In this document: piece after piece, positions 49,959 to 58,859 of the stretch
Position numbering within the stretch: the stretch's first letter is position 1
Layout: the number at the start of each line of letters is the position of its first letter
Source of the DNA: a bacterium
Lineage (GTDB): Bacteria; Patescibacteriota; Dojkabacteria; JAKAPS01; JAJZLI01
NCBI GenBank assembly: GCA_021816845.1
Contig: JAKAWT010000002.1
Coordinates: forward strand, 33,017-97,016
DNA: 64,000 nt
Reading direction: 5' to 3'
Translations under genes and position numbers: made by a program
Notes under the pieces: generated by a model
What the model was told of the DNA's origin: nothing
Database searches by the model: none
What the model saw: only the letters and a program-made list of their open reading frames with translations

Positions 49959-50030
49959 AGCCGATAAGCAGACTCAAACTGCTGTCTCCACTTTACGAGG
50001 GTGATGCTTTATCAGTTAAGCTATATCGGC
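49959..50030 (-). tRNA. tRNA-Thr(CGT), atypical D- and T-loops
   Basis: GCCGATA...TATCGGC-T; anticodon loop CTCGTAA; D-loop AACTGATA; T-loop TTTGAGT. Confidence 0.85.
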
Positions 50031-50120
50031 ACGTTTATAAGTTTATGATTGCAACACCTTATAATATTAGGTATTTTATCAAATTTTTATTTTTTATCAC
50101 ACTTTTGCTATAATGAGGTG

Positions 50121-50750
50121 ATGACAGGAGATAATTTCTTATCAAAAGTTTTATTAGTATTCACAGAATCTTTAATAGTAGCAGCTGTCGGTGCTTACTT
50201 TTCTAAGTTTGTGCCATCTGGATTATTTATAATTATTTTCATAGTAGAGATAATCTTAATATTTGTTGTGAATAGGGTTCGTAATAATCCTATTCTGGCT
50301 CCCCTATTTCTATTCCTATTTGCCTTTCTGTCAGGTCTTACTGTTGGTCCTCTAGTCTATACCTTCATCAACGCTGGTGCAGCATCAATAGTTATCCAAG
50401 CATTCGTAATAACGTCACTAATTTTTGTTCTTCTTACAGCTTCAGTATTTGTATTTAAGATTAATATAGTTGGTTCAAAAAAAATCACTGGTTTTTTGTT
50501 TGTTGCTTTAATAGGTATTATTATTGCAAGTGTGGTGAATATTTTTTTACATAACCCTCTATTTCAATTCTATATATCTACTGCAGTGGTATTGATATTC
50601 TCAGGTTATATAATTTATGATATATCTAATATAGTAAATAATCCTAAAATGACAAATGAGTATGTCGCGGCTCTAAATTTATATTTAGACTTTGTTAATA
50701 TATTCATAGCTTTATTGGAGATATTAGGGTTTCTCGAGAATAAAGGATAA
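50121..50750 (+). CDS. Bax inhibitor-1/YccA (TMBIM) family membrane protein (start probably ATG 50121)
   Basis: About 7 TMs; F..LSGLT.GP, FSGYIIYD, AALNLYLDFVNIF; TGcTATAAT (50106-50114) 6 nt before the ATG. Confidence 0.92.
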   Translation: MTGDNFLSKVLLVFTESLIVAAVGAYFSKFVPSGLFIIIFIVEIILIFVVNRVRNNPILAPLFLFLFAFLSGLTVGPLVYTFINAGAASIVIQAFVITSLIFVLLTASVFVFKINIVGSKKITGFLFVALIGIIIASVVNIFLHNPLFQFYISTAVVLIFSGYIIYDISNIVNNPKMTNEYVAALNLYLDFVNIFIALLEILGFLENKG

Positions 50751-50752
50751 TT

Positions 50753-51433
50753 TTGGATATTTCTAAACTATTTTTCACAATATCAAATTTAATAACTATT
50801 AATGATATCACATTCATAGTAAATACTGTTGTACTGCCTAATCTTTATGTATTTATCTTTCTATATATAATGTTTGAAGAGATGGGATTCCCTATGATTA
50901 TACCAGGAGAATTTTTTGTATTTTTAACAGGGTATGAAATAGCTCTTGGTAAAGCTGATCCAATAATTTTATTTTGTTTAATACTACTTGCTACTTTTAT
51001 AGGGTCAAGTGTGCTCTATTCGATTTTATCATGGAAAGGTATTAATTTTATAGAGAAATATGGGAGATATATCATGATGCCTAAATCTAAGATCGAAAAA
51101 GTTCAGAATTGGTTTCTACAAAATGGAGTTAGAGCAATTATTTTAGGAAGATGGATTTTCGGTCTCAGGATTATTACGAATATAGTAAGCGGAATTTTTA
51201 GGTATCCATATAAAAAATTTGTATTTTTGACTATGTTTGCAACCTTCTTTTGGATATTATTCTACTTTATTTTGGGAATATTTTTTGGTAAATATTATAC
51301 CTCTATAATATCTTTCTTAAGCCATTTTAATAGCATAGTTATAGAATTAGTTTATCTTACCTTTATAACTTCAATAACCTTTTTATCTCTACATATTACA
51401 AAAAAATTAGGAGAACGTAATAGACCTAATTAA
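50753..51433 (+). CDS. DedA family membrane protein (paralog 3)
   Basis: EEMGFPMIIPGE, GSSVLY, KYGRY, GRWIFGLR; TTG start 2 nt after the upstream stop. Confidence 0.9.
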   Translation: MDISKLFFTISNLITINDITFIVNTVVLPNLYVFIFLYIMFEEMGFPMIIPGEFFVFLTGYEIALGKADPIILFCLILLATFIGSSVLYSILSWKGINFIEKYGRYIMMPKSKIEKVQNWFLQNGVRAIILGRWIFGLRIITNIVSGIFRYPYKKFVFLTMFATFFWILFYFILGIFFGKYYTSIISFLSHFNSIVIELVYLTFITSITFLSLHITKKLGERNRPN

Positions 51434-53660
51434 TACTGTTACAATCACCTGCTGGAATCTGAGTACTTCCTGATGGTATTAAAGTTGATGGGTATGCAGT
51501 TATTTTCATTTTAGAATTCAGTGGAGTTATGTATGCAATAGTTGAATTTGCTGGTATAGCTATGTATGAATAGGATCCTGTAGGTTGATTCTGTATTAAA
51601 CATACCTCCATAGTTTGATTTGCAGAAGCTCCAGTTAATATTTGTAATTCATAATTTGCTGTTGTTATATTAGGTGAAGATGGCGTTATTAGACTATTTA
51701 TATTTATTAAAAGATCAGGGAAAGATGAATGTGTACTTGAAGATGCTGTAGTTGTAACCTGTGCGTTTATAGAAGTATACTCTACTAAATCTTGATATCC
51801 TCCAAATGAAAAAAGGTCTGAAGCTCCTGATCCAGTATATACTGAATAACCCATTGCTGATGTTGGGGCAAGCATTGTGGTTGTAGGTTGCCAAGAAGAT
51901 AAATTACTAAGCGTTGAATAGTATGTACTATTTGATACCTGTCCATTTAATATCCCTCCAAAAGAATACAGATAATTGGTACCTGCATCTGCTGGATCTG
52001 GAAGTATACCTATACCTTCATTGTAAATACCACCTGGGAATGTTGATTGTTGTACCATCTGTATTTGTGATGGTAGTACAGTCCCCTGATATGTTGTATT
52101 AGAGCTAGGGAATGAAAATCCTATATAACTAATTTGTCCTGTTTGGGGATTTGTTACCATTATTTGCATATTATCTCCTTGGTTCCACACCCAACTACCA
52201 TAATCACCTCCATAATTAGCATAAGGATGATTAATAATGATTTGACTGTTATTCCATGATTGGTAATCTACTGTTACAACATTTACATATTGTCCACCTT
52301 CCCAACCCGCCATCCAACCACGTGTTTGATCAAAAAGAGAGAAATATGGGGAATCCCCTATTCTTGGAGATAGGTATCCTAGATTACAACCATTAATAAT
52401 ATATTCTGTATTCCCAGCACTACCACCACTTCCACTTGATACTACATCTAGTGATGTTATAGAGGTATTTGTACTACTGGTACAATTAGGCTGTGCAACT
52501 AGGTTGTATACATATATGGAATTACTTCCACCTCCTCCATTATTTCCTCCTACAATGTAAGCATATCCATTTGAGACGGATACTGTTATACCTGATCCAT
52601 ATAAGGATTGTGGGATTGTTCCTACTTGTGTCCAGCTAGATAATCCTCCGCCTGGTTCTATATTTGCTTCATATATTGTATTCAATGGACTCCCTTGTGA
52701 ATTTCTACCTCCAAACAGGAAAATATTATTTTGGTATTCCACTGCTGATGCGTGGTATACATTTTGTGGTAAAGATGATGTCTGACTCCATGAAGCTATA
52801 TTAGATAGTGGTGCAACATAAACATTGGTTGTAGGGCTAGAATAATAGTATGTGTATGATTCCCACTGACAGGTATATTCCCACCAATATCCATTGACGA
52901 GGTTAGTATGGACATAAACTAATTTCCATCCACAAACATATCTGCCAGAGACTGTATATGAACTATTTACTCCTCCGATGCTATAAATATATGAACCGTT
53001 CGTGACTACAGAATTATCATATACTGCACTTGGTAAGTTTGAGACATTGCTCCAGTTGGTAGTCCCAGTTTGAGACATAGTTGTTTCATATACAGAGCTT
53101 AATGCTGTGCTTCCATTTAGTCCTCCAATCATGTATTCATTTGATCCATAGCTTGTATTCCCTGCATTTGATACATCTTGTGGAAGTGATTGTGTCCCTT
53201 GAGATGTCCAATGATTTAGAGTGCCGTTATATGTAGTAGTTGTTGTTGTATGAGATGTTGATGTAATACTTCCTTGAAGATTTATTGCCATAGATTGTCC
53301 TTGGTTCACCGTTCCTAAAGCTTCATTTTGTGGAACTATATTATATGTACATGTAGGTTTTGGAGGTGTGGCCTTTATATTTCCAGTAGTACAATTGGTA
53401 GGTACTGTTGGTGTAGGCAGAGGTTGAGGAATAGGGTTTGTAGTACTTGTAAATTCATTACTCCCTATATATGATAGCCCATTTTGAATACCAGATTGTG
53501 CTGCCGAAAACGCTATTTGTCCAGAGTAAGTTAATGAATTTTGAGAAGTATTTAGTATTACTTTAGATGTCAGTGAAAGCATCATGATCAATAGGACTAT
53601 AGCAATAAGCATAACTATTATAAGGGTCTGTCCTTTTGAATCAATTTTACCTATATTCAC
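51426..53660 (-). CDS. Large PilX-like minor type IV pilin with an inserted Kelch beta-propeller and Ig-like domain (putative adhesin)
   Basis: Class III signal KG|QTLIIVMLIAIVLL without Glu5 (a PilX/GspK trait); AFSAAQSGI PilX helix motif; six Kelch-type hhhGG motifs (YMIGG, YSIGG, FLFGG, YIVGG, YSFGG, FSFGG). Confidence 0.8.
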   Translation of the reverse strand: MNIGKIDSKGQTLIIVMLIAIVLLIMMLSLTSKVILNTSQNSLTYSGQIAFSAAQSGIQNGLSYIGSNEFTSTTNPIPQPLPTPTVPTNCTTGNIKATPPKPTCTYNIVPQNEALGTVNQGQSMAINLQGSITSTSHTTTTTTYNGTLNHWTSQGTQSLPQDVSNAGNTSYGSNEYMIGGLNGSTALSSVYETTMSQTGTTNWSNVSNLPSAVYDNSVVTNGSYIYSIGGVNSSYTVSGRYVCGWKLVYVHTNLVNGYWWEYTCQWESYTYYYSSPTTNVYVAPLSNIASWSQTSSLPQNVYHASAVEYQNNIFLFGGRNSQGSPLNTIYEANIEPGGGLSSWTQVGTIPQSLYGSGITVSVSNGYAYIVGGNNGGGGSNSIYVYNLVAQPNCTSSTNTSITSLDVVSSGSGGSAGNTEYIINGCNLGYLSPRIGDSPYFSLFDQTRGWMAGWEGGQYVNVVTVDYQSWNNSQIIINHPYANYGGDYGSWVWNQGDNMQIMVTNPQTGQISYIGFSFPSSNTTYQGTVLPSQIQMVQQSTFPGGIYNEGIGILPDPADAGTNYLYSFGGILNGQVSNSTYYSTLSNLSSWQPTTTMLAPTSAMGYSVYTGSGASDLFSFGGYQDLVEYTSINAQVTTTASSSTHSSFPDLLININSLITPSSPNITTANYELQILTGASANQTMEVCLIQNQPTGSYSYIAIPANSTIAYITPLNSKMKITAYPSTLIPSGSTQIPAGDCNSIN

Positions 53661-53666
53661 AATTAT

Positions 53667-53695
53667 AATATAATATATACCAAAAAAGTATGCAA
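53667..53695 (-). promoter_or_regulatory. Sigma70-type promoter TTGCAT-17nt-TATATT, 6 nt before the pilin GTG
   Basis: Direct reading of the minus strand. Confidence 0.5.
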
Positions 53696-53741
53696 TACTA
53701 TATTGTGATAGTATGTTAGGTGTTATTTATGGTCTTTTAAT

Positions 53742-54416
53742 ATGAAACATTTTAAAATGAAAATACTACTTAGAATTCTCTTATTAATTGTATTTATAGG
53801 ACTCGCTATATTTATATATACTTATTCTAAAATCAAATATGTAAATATTAGTGGAAGCATATATTCAAGCAATCTATCTTCTTTGAATAATCAAATAAAA
53901 TCTACTATAAAAGGTCAAAATATTTTTTTTACTTCTAATAAAACTTTTTATAATGATATACAGAAAGTATATCCTTTCTTTAGTTTTAATGATCTTAGAA
54001 TAGAAAAAAAATATCCAAATCAGGTATCAATATATATAAAAAGTTACAGAGTATTATTTTCATATAGTTTTAGAAATAATATATTTTTTGTATCTAATAA
54101 TGGTGATACTGTTAAGGCTTATAAAGACAATAATATAGTTAACATAGTATCTTATATAAAACCCAAACACACACAAATTTTAGATATGGTGAAACTAGTT
54201 ACTGATGTTAACAATGAATATCTATTATCTGTCTCATCATATAACTTATATAGTTCATATGTACAACTTAATATGGGATCAAAAACAGCAATTTTAACAT
54301 TTGAAAGATCTATAAAATCCCAAGTATTGGAACTAAATGATGTTCTTCAGACAGTAAATATGGCAGGATGTAAAGTAATCAATGTTGAATTTAGCAGGGT
54401 GTTCTGTGGGGCTTAG
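53742..54416 (+). CDS. ftsQ: Cell division protein FtsQ/DivIB-like
   Basis: N-terminal TM, POTRA-like GQNIFF...IEKKYPNQVSIYI; directly upstream of ftsA-ftsZ. Confidence 0.75.
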   Translation: MKHFKMKILLRILLLIVFIGLAIFIYTYSKIKYVNISGSIYSSNLSSLNNQIKSTIKGQNIFFTSNKTFYNDIQKVYPFFSFNDLRIEKKYPNQVSIYIKSYRVLFSYSFRNNIFFVSNNGDTVKAYKDNNIVNIVSYIKPKHTQILDMVKLVTDVNNEYLLSVSSYNLYSSYVQLNMGSKTAILTFERSIKSQVLELNDVLQTVNMAGCKVINVEFSRVFCGA

Positions 54417-54476
54417 ATATTTAAAGTATGAATATTGAAGATAAATGTATTTTAATATATACTATCTATTAATATT

Positions 54477-55781
54477 ATGAAAGGCATTATTACAGGCATA
54501 GATGTAGGATCTTCAAAAATTACAACTGTAATTGTTAATGTTGATGAAGAAAATATATCAGTTATAGGAGTTTCTACCCACCCCTCGGAAGGCTTAAAAA
54601 AGGGAGTCATTATAAATATAGATGCAGCGATAAAAGCTATATCTGAGTCTGTGGAGGCTGCTGAAAGGATGGCTGGAGTGAGAATTCAAAATGCAGCGAT
54701 ATCTCTTGGGTGTAAACATATATCTTCAACTAATAATAAAGGAGTTGTAGCAATATCTAGAGATGAAATATCTGGAGAAGATGTATTACGTGCTTTAGAG
54801 AGTGCAAGGACTGTATCTGTTCCTCAATCAAGAGAAATAATGCATGTGATACCAAGAGAATTTATAGTAGATTCGCAGGGTGGTATTAAGGATCCTATTG
54901 GTATGTCTGGAATTAGATTAGAGGTTGATACACATATTATAACCATTACAAGTATGGTATTACATAACCTGACTAAATGTATAAATCAAGTAGGTCTTTC
55001 TGTTGAAGATATCTTGTTTTCTGGCTGGATTGATGCAGAAGTTATTTTATCATCAACAGAAAGAGAACTTGGAGTGATACTTATTGATATTGGTTTTGGA
55101 GTATCAGATGTTGTCATATATATTGATGATTCAATATCATATTCTTTTTCAGTGCCTATAGGTAGTTCAAATATAACTAATGATATAGCCATAGGATTAC
55201 GTTTATCTATAGATGATGCTGAAAAGGTGAAAGTATCAATACCGACCCTTATAAAAAAAGCTCAACAAAGGCAAGAGCAAGAAGAAAAAGATAAGAAATA
55301 TACTTACCCTAAGAAAGAAACTTCAGATATAAAGGAACAAGATCTTATGTTGAATCTTTCTGATATAGGAATACAGACGGAAAACGGCTATGAAGAGATA
55401 AAAAAAAGTATGTTAGATGATATTATTGATGCTAGGTTAGAAGAAATATTTTCAGCTATTATAGATGATATAACAAAGTCAGGCTTTGATTACAAAATGC
55501 CTGCAGGAGTTGTATTGACTGGGGGTGGTTCTAAGCTAGCTGGGATATCTAAAATAGCACAAAAATACTTTTCTTCAGCAGCAAGAGTGGGATATGCATC
55601 TAACCTGAAAGGTCTTACAGAAGAAATATCTGGTCCAGCCTATACTACGGTTTATGGGTTAATTAATTCTGTTATTAAAAATAGTAATGATGGAAGTAGA
55701 AACAATAATTCTTTAGGTAAGAATGGTAGTGGGTTTAATGCATCAAAGATTATAGATCTTATAAAATCTATAATGCCTTGA
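54477..55781 (+). CDS. ftsA: Cell division protein FtsA
   Basis: GIDVGSSKI, GLKKGVI, PIGMSGIRLEV, TERELGVILIDIG, GVVLTGGGS, C-terminal amphipathic helix. Confidence 0.97.
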   Translation: MKGIITGIDVGSSKITTVIVNVDEENISVIGVSTHPSEGLKKGVIINIDAAIKAISESVEAAERMAGVRIQNAAISLGCKHISSTNNKGVVAISRDEISGEDVLRALESARTVSVPQSREIMHVIPREFIVDSQGGIKDPIGMSGIRLEVDTHIITITSMVLHNLTKCINQVGLSVEDILFSGWIDAEVILSSTERELGVILIDIGFGVSDVVIYIDDSISYSFSVPIGSSNITNDIAIGLRLSIDDAEKVKVSIPTLIKKAQQRQEQEEKDKKYTYPKKETSDIKEQDLMLNLSDIGIQTENGYEEIKKSMLDDIIDARLEEIFSAIIDDITKSGFDYKMPAGVVLTGGGSKLAGISKIAQKYFSSAARVGYASNLKGLTEEISGPAYTTVYGLINSVIKNSNDGSRNNNSLGKNGSGFNASKIIDLIKSIMP

Positions 55782-55837
55782 TATTTCCTATATAATATGG
55801 AATAATTGTCAAAGTATAATCTTAATAATAATTTTGT

Positions 55838-56989
55838 ATGTTAGTAAAACCTCAGTCTCTAGATAATAACGCTAAAATAAAAGTAGTTGGTGTTGGTGGA
55901 GGTGGAAATAATGCTTTAAATACAATGATTTCTGTACACAATATAACAGGGGTTGATTTTATATCTGTTAATACTGATTCTCAAGCACTTAAAAATTCTT
56001 TAGCAGAAACAAAAATTCAAATAGGATCAGAACTCACCAAAGGTTTGGGTTCAGGAGGTATAGCATCAATAGGAAAACAAGCCGCTGAAGAGAGTGTAGA
56101 TTTAATTCATGAATCTCTATCTGGTGGTGATATGGTTTTTGTTACTGCAGGTATGGGTGGTGGTACTGGAACTGGGGCTTCTCCTGTAGTTGCTGGTATA
56201 GCAAAAAATCTAGGTGCTCTAACTGTAGGCGTTGTAACAAAACCTTTTACTTTTGAAGGGAAAAGGAGGATTCAAACAGCAATTGAAGGTATTGAGGATC
56301 TAAAAGGTAAAGTTGATACACTGATCGTTGTGCCCAACCAAAGACTCCTTGATATTATTGATAAAAAAATTTCTTTTTTAGAAGCTATGAAAATAGTTGA
56401 TGATGTTTTAGGTCAAGGTGTAAGAAGTATATCTGATCTTATAACTAAATCAGGGATGATTAACGTTGACTTTGCTGATGTTAAGGCTATTATGTCTGAG
56501 GCTGGTACAGCGTTAATGGGTATGGGTATTGCTACTGGTGACAATAGAGCTAAGGATGCAGCAAAACAAGCTATCAATAGTCCCCTATTAGAGTTATCCA
56601 TTAATGGAGCAACAGGTATCTTATTTAATATAACTTCTGGACCTGATTTATCAATGGTTGAAGTTGATGAAGCTGCAAATTTAATATCTGAAGCTGCAGA
56701 TACAAATGCAAATATCATATTTGGAGCGACAATAGACGATAGTATACAAGATGCTTCAATAAGGATTAATGTCCTTGCTACTGGTTTTGAAGAAAAAACC
56801 CAGGATAAGATAATAAGAGATAAGGGCTTTAATAGGCCTACAATTACACAAGAAGCACCAAAAAAGGATACCTATATTCCCGATTATGACACCAAAGATA
56901 TTAAAGAGGATGTTATAGTAACTAATAATGAGGATGAAGAGGATGATGAATACGAGACACCTGCTTTTTTAAGAAGAATTAAGAAATAA
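55838..56989 (+). CDS. ftsZ: Cell division protein FtsZ
   Basis: [27 protein letters not shown]-terminal ETPAFLR. Confidence 0.99.
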   Translation: MLVKPQSLDNNAKIKVVGVGGGGNNALNTMISVHNITGVDFISVNTDSQALKNSLAETKIQIGSELTKGLGSGGIASIGKQAAEESVDLIHESLSGGDMVFVTAGMGGGTGTGASPVVAGIAKNLGALTVGVVTKPFTFEGKRRIQTAIEGIEDLKGKVDTLIVVPNQRLLDIIDKKISFLEAMKIVDDVLGQGVRSISDLITKSGMINVDFADVKAIMSEAGTALMGMGIATGDNRAKDAAKQAINSPLLELSINGATGILFNITSGPDLSMVEVDEAANLISEAADTNANIIFGATIDDSIQDASIRINVLATGFEEKTQDKIIRDKGFNRPTITQEAPKKDTYIPDYDTKDIKEDVIVTNNEDEEDDEYETPAFLRRIKK

Positions 56990-56993
56990 TTTA

Positions 56994-58001
56994 ATGAATT
57001 TAGACTTAGATTTGAACTTAAGTTTATTCAAATACTCTGTAGATATTATTACACTAAGCTCTCTTTTGAACTCTCTTGAAATTCCAAAAAAAATTACAGA
57101 TGATCTAACGATCAAAGATTTTGATCAGTTTGCAAATTTATTAAATTTAGATGTATCTAATACTAATATACGTGATTTTGCTCTAGGATATCACAGGATT
57201 GATACTGGTTTTGCTAATACAATGCTTAGTTCTTATAGAAGTATCAATGAACTTGTTAGATCTTTGTATCAGGATAAAGGGAATGTATTTACAGTATCTA
57301 CAATATTAAGGATGAATAAAGTCTTAACTGATAAAACATTTGAAGTATGGGAGAGTGGTAAATTTAGGACTATTGAATTTCCTTATCAAGGAGAATACGA
57401 TTTCATAAGGGGAGAAGATTTATCATATGATACAATCTCAACTGACATAAATATGTTAGTCGATTTTTATCAAGATTCACAATATCCTAATATATTGAAA
57501 ATACCTATAATTGGATACAACCTTTTAAAACTAAAGCCATTTTCTGTATTAAATGATTTCACTATACTTTTTATAATGAAATCTTTGATGATAGAGATTG
57601 AGATATTTAATGATTTATCTCTAGTAAAAATATTTTCAGAAAATCTTGAAAATATGCAAATTTCGAACCAATCTTTAGATACATGGGTTGGAAACTTTTT
57701 TAAATACATATACATTGAATTATTAGAGATTTATGATTTTATAAATAAATATATTTCATTAGAAAAACGAAGATTAAATTCAGATAAAATTGTATCAATA
57801 CTGTCGGATAGACAAAAGAAAGCATTTTTGTTTTTTGTAGATCATAGGACTCTTACAAGACAGGAGTATTCGAGGATGTTTAAAATATCTCCTATGACAG
57901 CATTTAGAGATTTAGATATGATGAAGGAGTTAGGAATACTAACTGTTTTTGGTAAAGGTAGAGGTACTAAATATACTATAATGGAGAAATATTTATTATA
58001 G
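56994..58001 (+). CDS. Degenerate Fic-domain protein with C-terminal winged HTH
   Basis: Fic-like layout (ILRMNKVL, GKFRT, LKPFSVLND at the HPFxDGNGR position) followed by LSDRQ...TRQEY..F.IS..TAFRDL...GKGRGTKY HTH. Confidence 0.75.
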   Translation: MNLDLDLNLSLFKYSVDIITLSSLLNSLEIPKKITDDLTIKDFDQFANLLNLDVSNTNIRDFALGYHRIDTGFANTMLSSYRSINELVRSLYQDKGNVFTVSTILRMNKVLTDKTFEVWESGKFRTIEFPYQGEYDFIRGEDLSYDTISTDINMLVDFYQDSQYPNILKIPIIGYNLLKLKPFSVLNDFTILFIMKSLMIEIEIFNDLSLVKIFSENLENMQISNQSLDTWVGNFFKYIYIELLEIYDFINKYISLEKRRLNSDKIVSILSDRQKKAFLFFVDHRTLTRQEYSRMFKISPMTAFRDLDMMKELGILTVFGKGRGTKYTIMEKYLL

Positions 58002-58730
58002 ATAAGATTTTATAATATTTGCAAAATAGCTGTATGAATATGCACCTAAAATTAATTGTCCTTGTACTTTGTTGTTCTTAAGTCTACCTATCACGATTGT
58101 TGGAGTTCCCTGTATATTGATCCTATTACCACTGGCTATATCCTTTTGTATATCCAGTTCATAAGTTTTATTAGTTACACAGGATGCATATTTATTCATA
58201 TTAAGTCCCATAGTTCTGGCGTAACCTGAAACAATAGAAGGGGTATTACTATTTTGTGCTGTTGTATACATTTTATTATAATATTGCCAGAACTTACCTT
58301 GTGCTGCAAAGCATCTTCCTTCTATGGCCATTTCAGAAGATAATGGATGTATATTAGTTAATGGGTAATCTCTGAAAGCGAATACGGCTTGACCAGTTTT
58401 AACAAAATTTGTATATATAGAATTTCCTGCTCCATTTGCAAATTGTTTACAGAAAGGACATTGGAAATCACCATATTCTACTATTCCAACTTTTGCAGTC
58501 TTTAAATTGCCTTCAACTGGATAAGAACCAAGTGATACAGTTACATCTTTGTTATTTGTAGGTGGAGTAGCAATATTGGACGTTTTTGTTGATGTATTAG
58601 AATTGTTGTTTCTTGACGCTGTATTGCTAGATAATACTATAGCTGCAGCTATAATGATTCCTGCAATAACTATTGAAATTGGTAATACCATTGGGTTGGT
58701 GTGCTTAGTATTTAGATTATCCTGATTCAT
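57996..58730 (-). CDS. DsbA/BdbD-family thiol-disulfide oxidoreductase
   Basis: N-terminal TM; EYGDFQCPFC, RDYPL..IHP, GTPT, GAY. Confidence 0.93.
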   Translation of the reverse strand: MNQDNLNTKHTNPMVLPISIVIAGIIIAAAIVLSSNTASRNNNSNTSTKTSNIATPPTNNKDVTVSLGSYPVEGNLKTAKVGIVEYGDFQCPFCKQFANGAGNSIYTNFVKTGQAVFAFRDYPLTNIHPLSSEMAIEGRCFAAQGKFWQYYNKMYTTAQNSNTPSIVSGYARTMGLNMNKYASCVTNKTYELDIQKDIASGNRINIQGTPTIVIGRLKNNKVQGQLILGAYSYSYFANIIKSYL

Positions 58731-58738
58731 ATCTACAC

Positions 58739-58852
58739 ATTATAACATACATTTTATACTTGAATCCATATTTCTATGTTTAAGAATCAGTATTGGAAAT
58801 ATTATATCTTTAGTGTTTAACCTTGTTAATATTGCTTGTTTATTGATATAAT
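58739..58852. promoter_or_regulatory. Divergent extended -10 promoters for dsbA (TGtTATAAT, 58739-58747, minus) and gatC (TGaTATAAT, 58844-58852, plus)
   Basis: Each lies 7-8 nt before an ATG (58730 and 58860). Confidence 0.6.
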
Positions 58853-58859
58853 AATTTGT

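Noticed and set aside
52835-52965. Diversity-generating retroelement acting on the pilin loop
   Set aside because: No reverse transcriptase and no template-repeat copy seen in this window, and the loop is internal rather than a C-terminal CLec region; cannot be excluded genome-wide.
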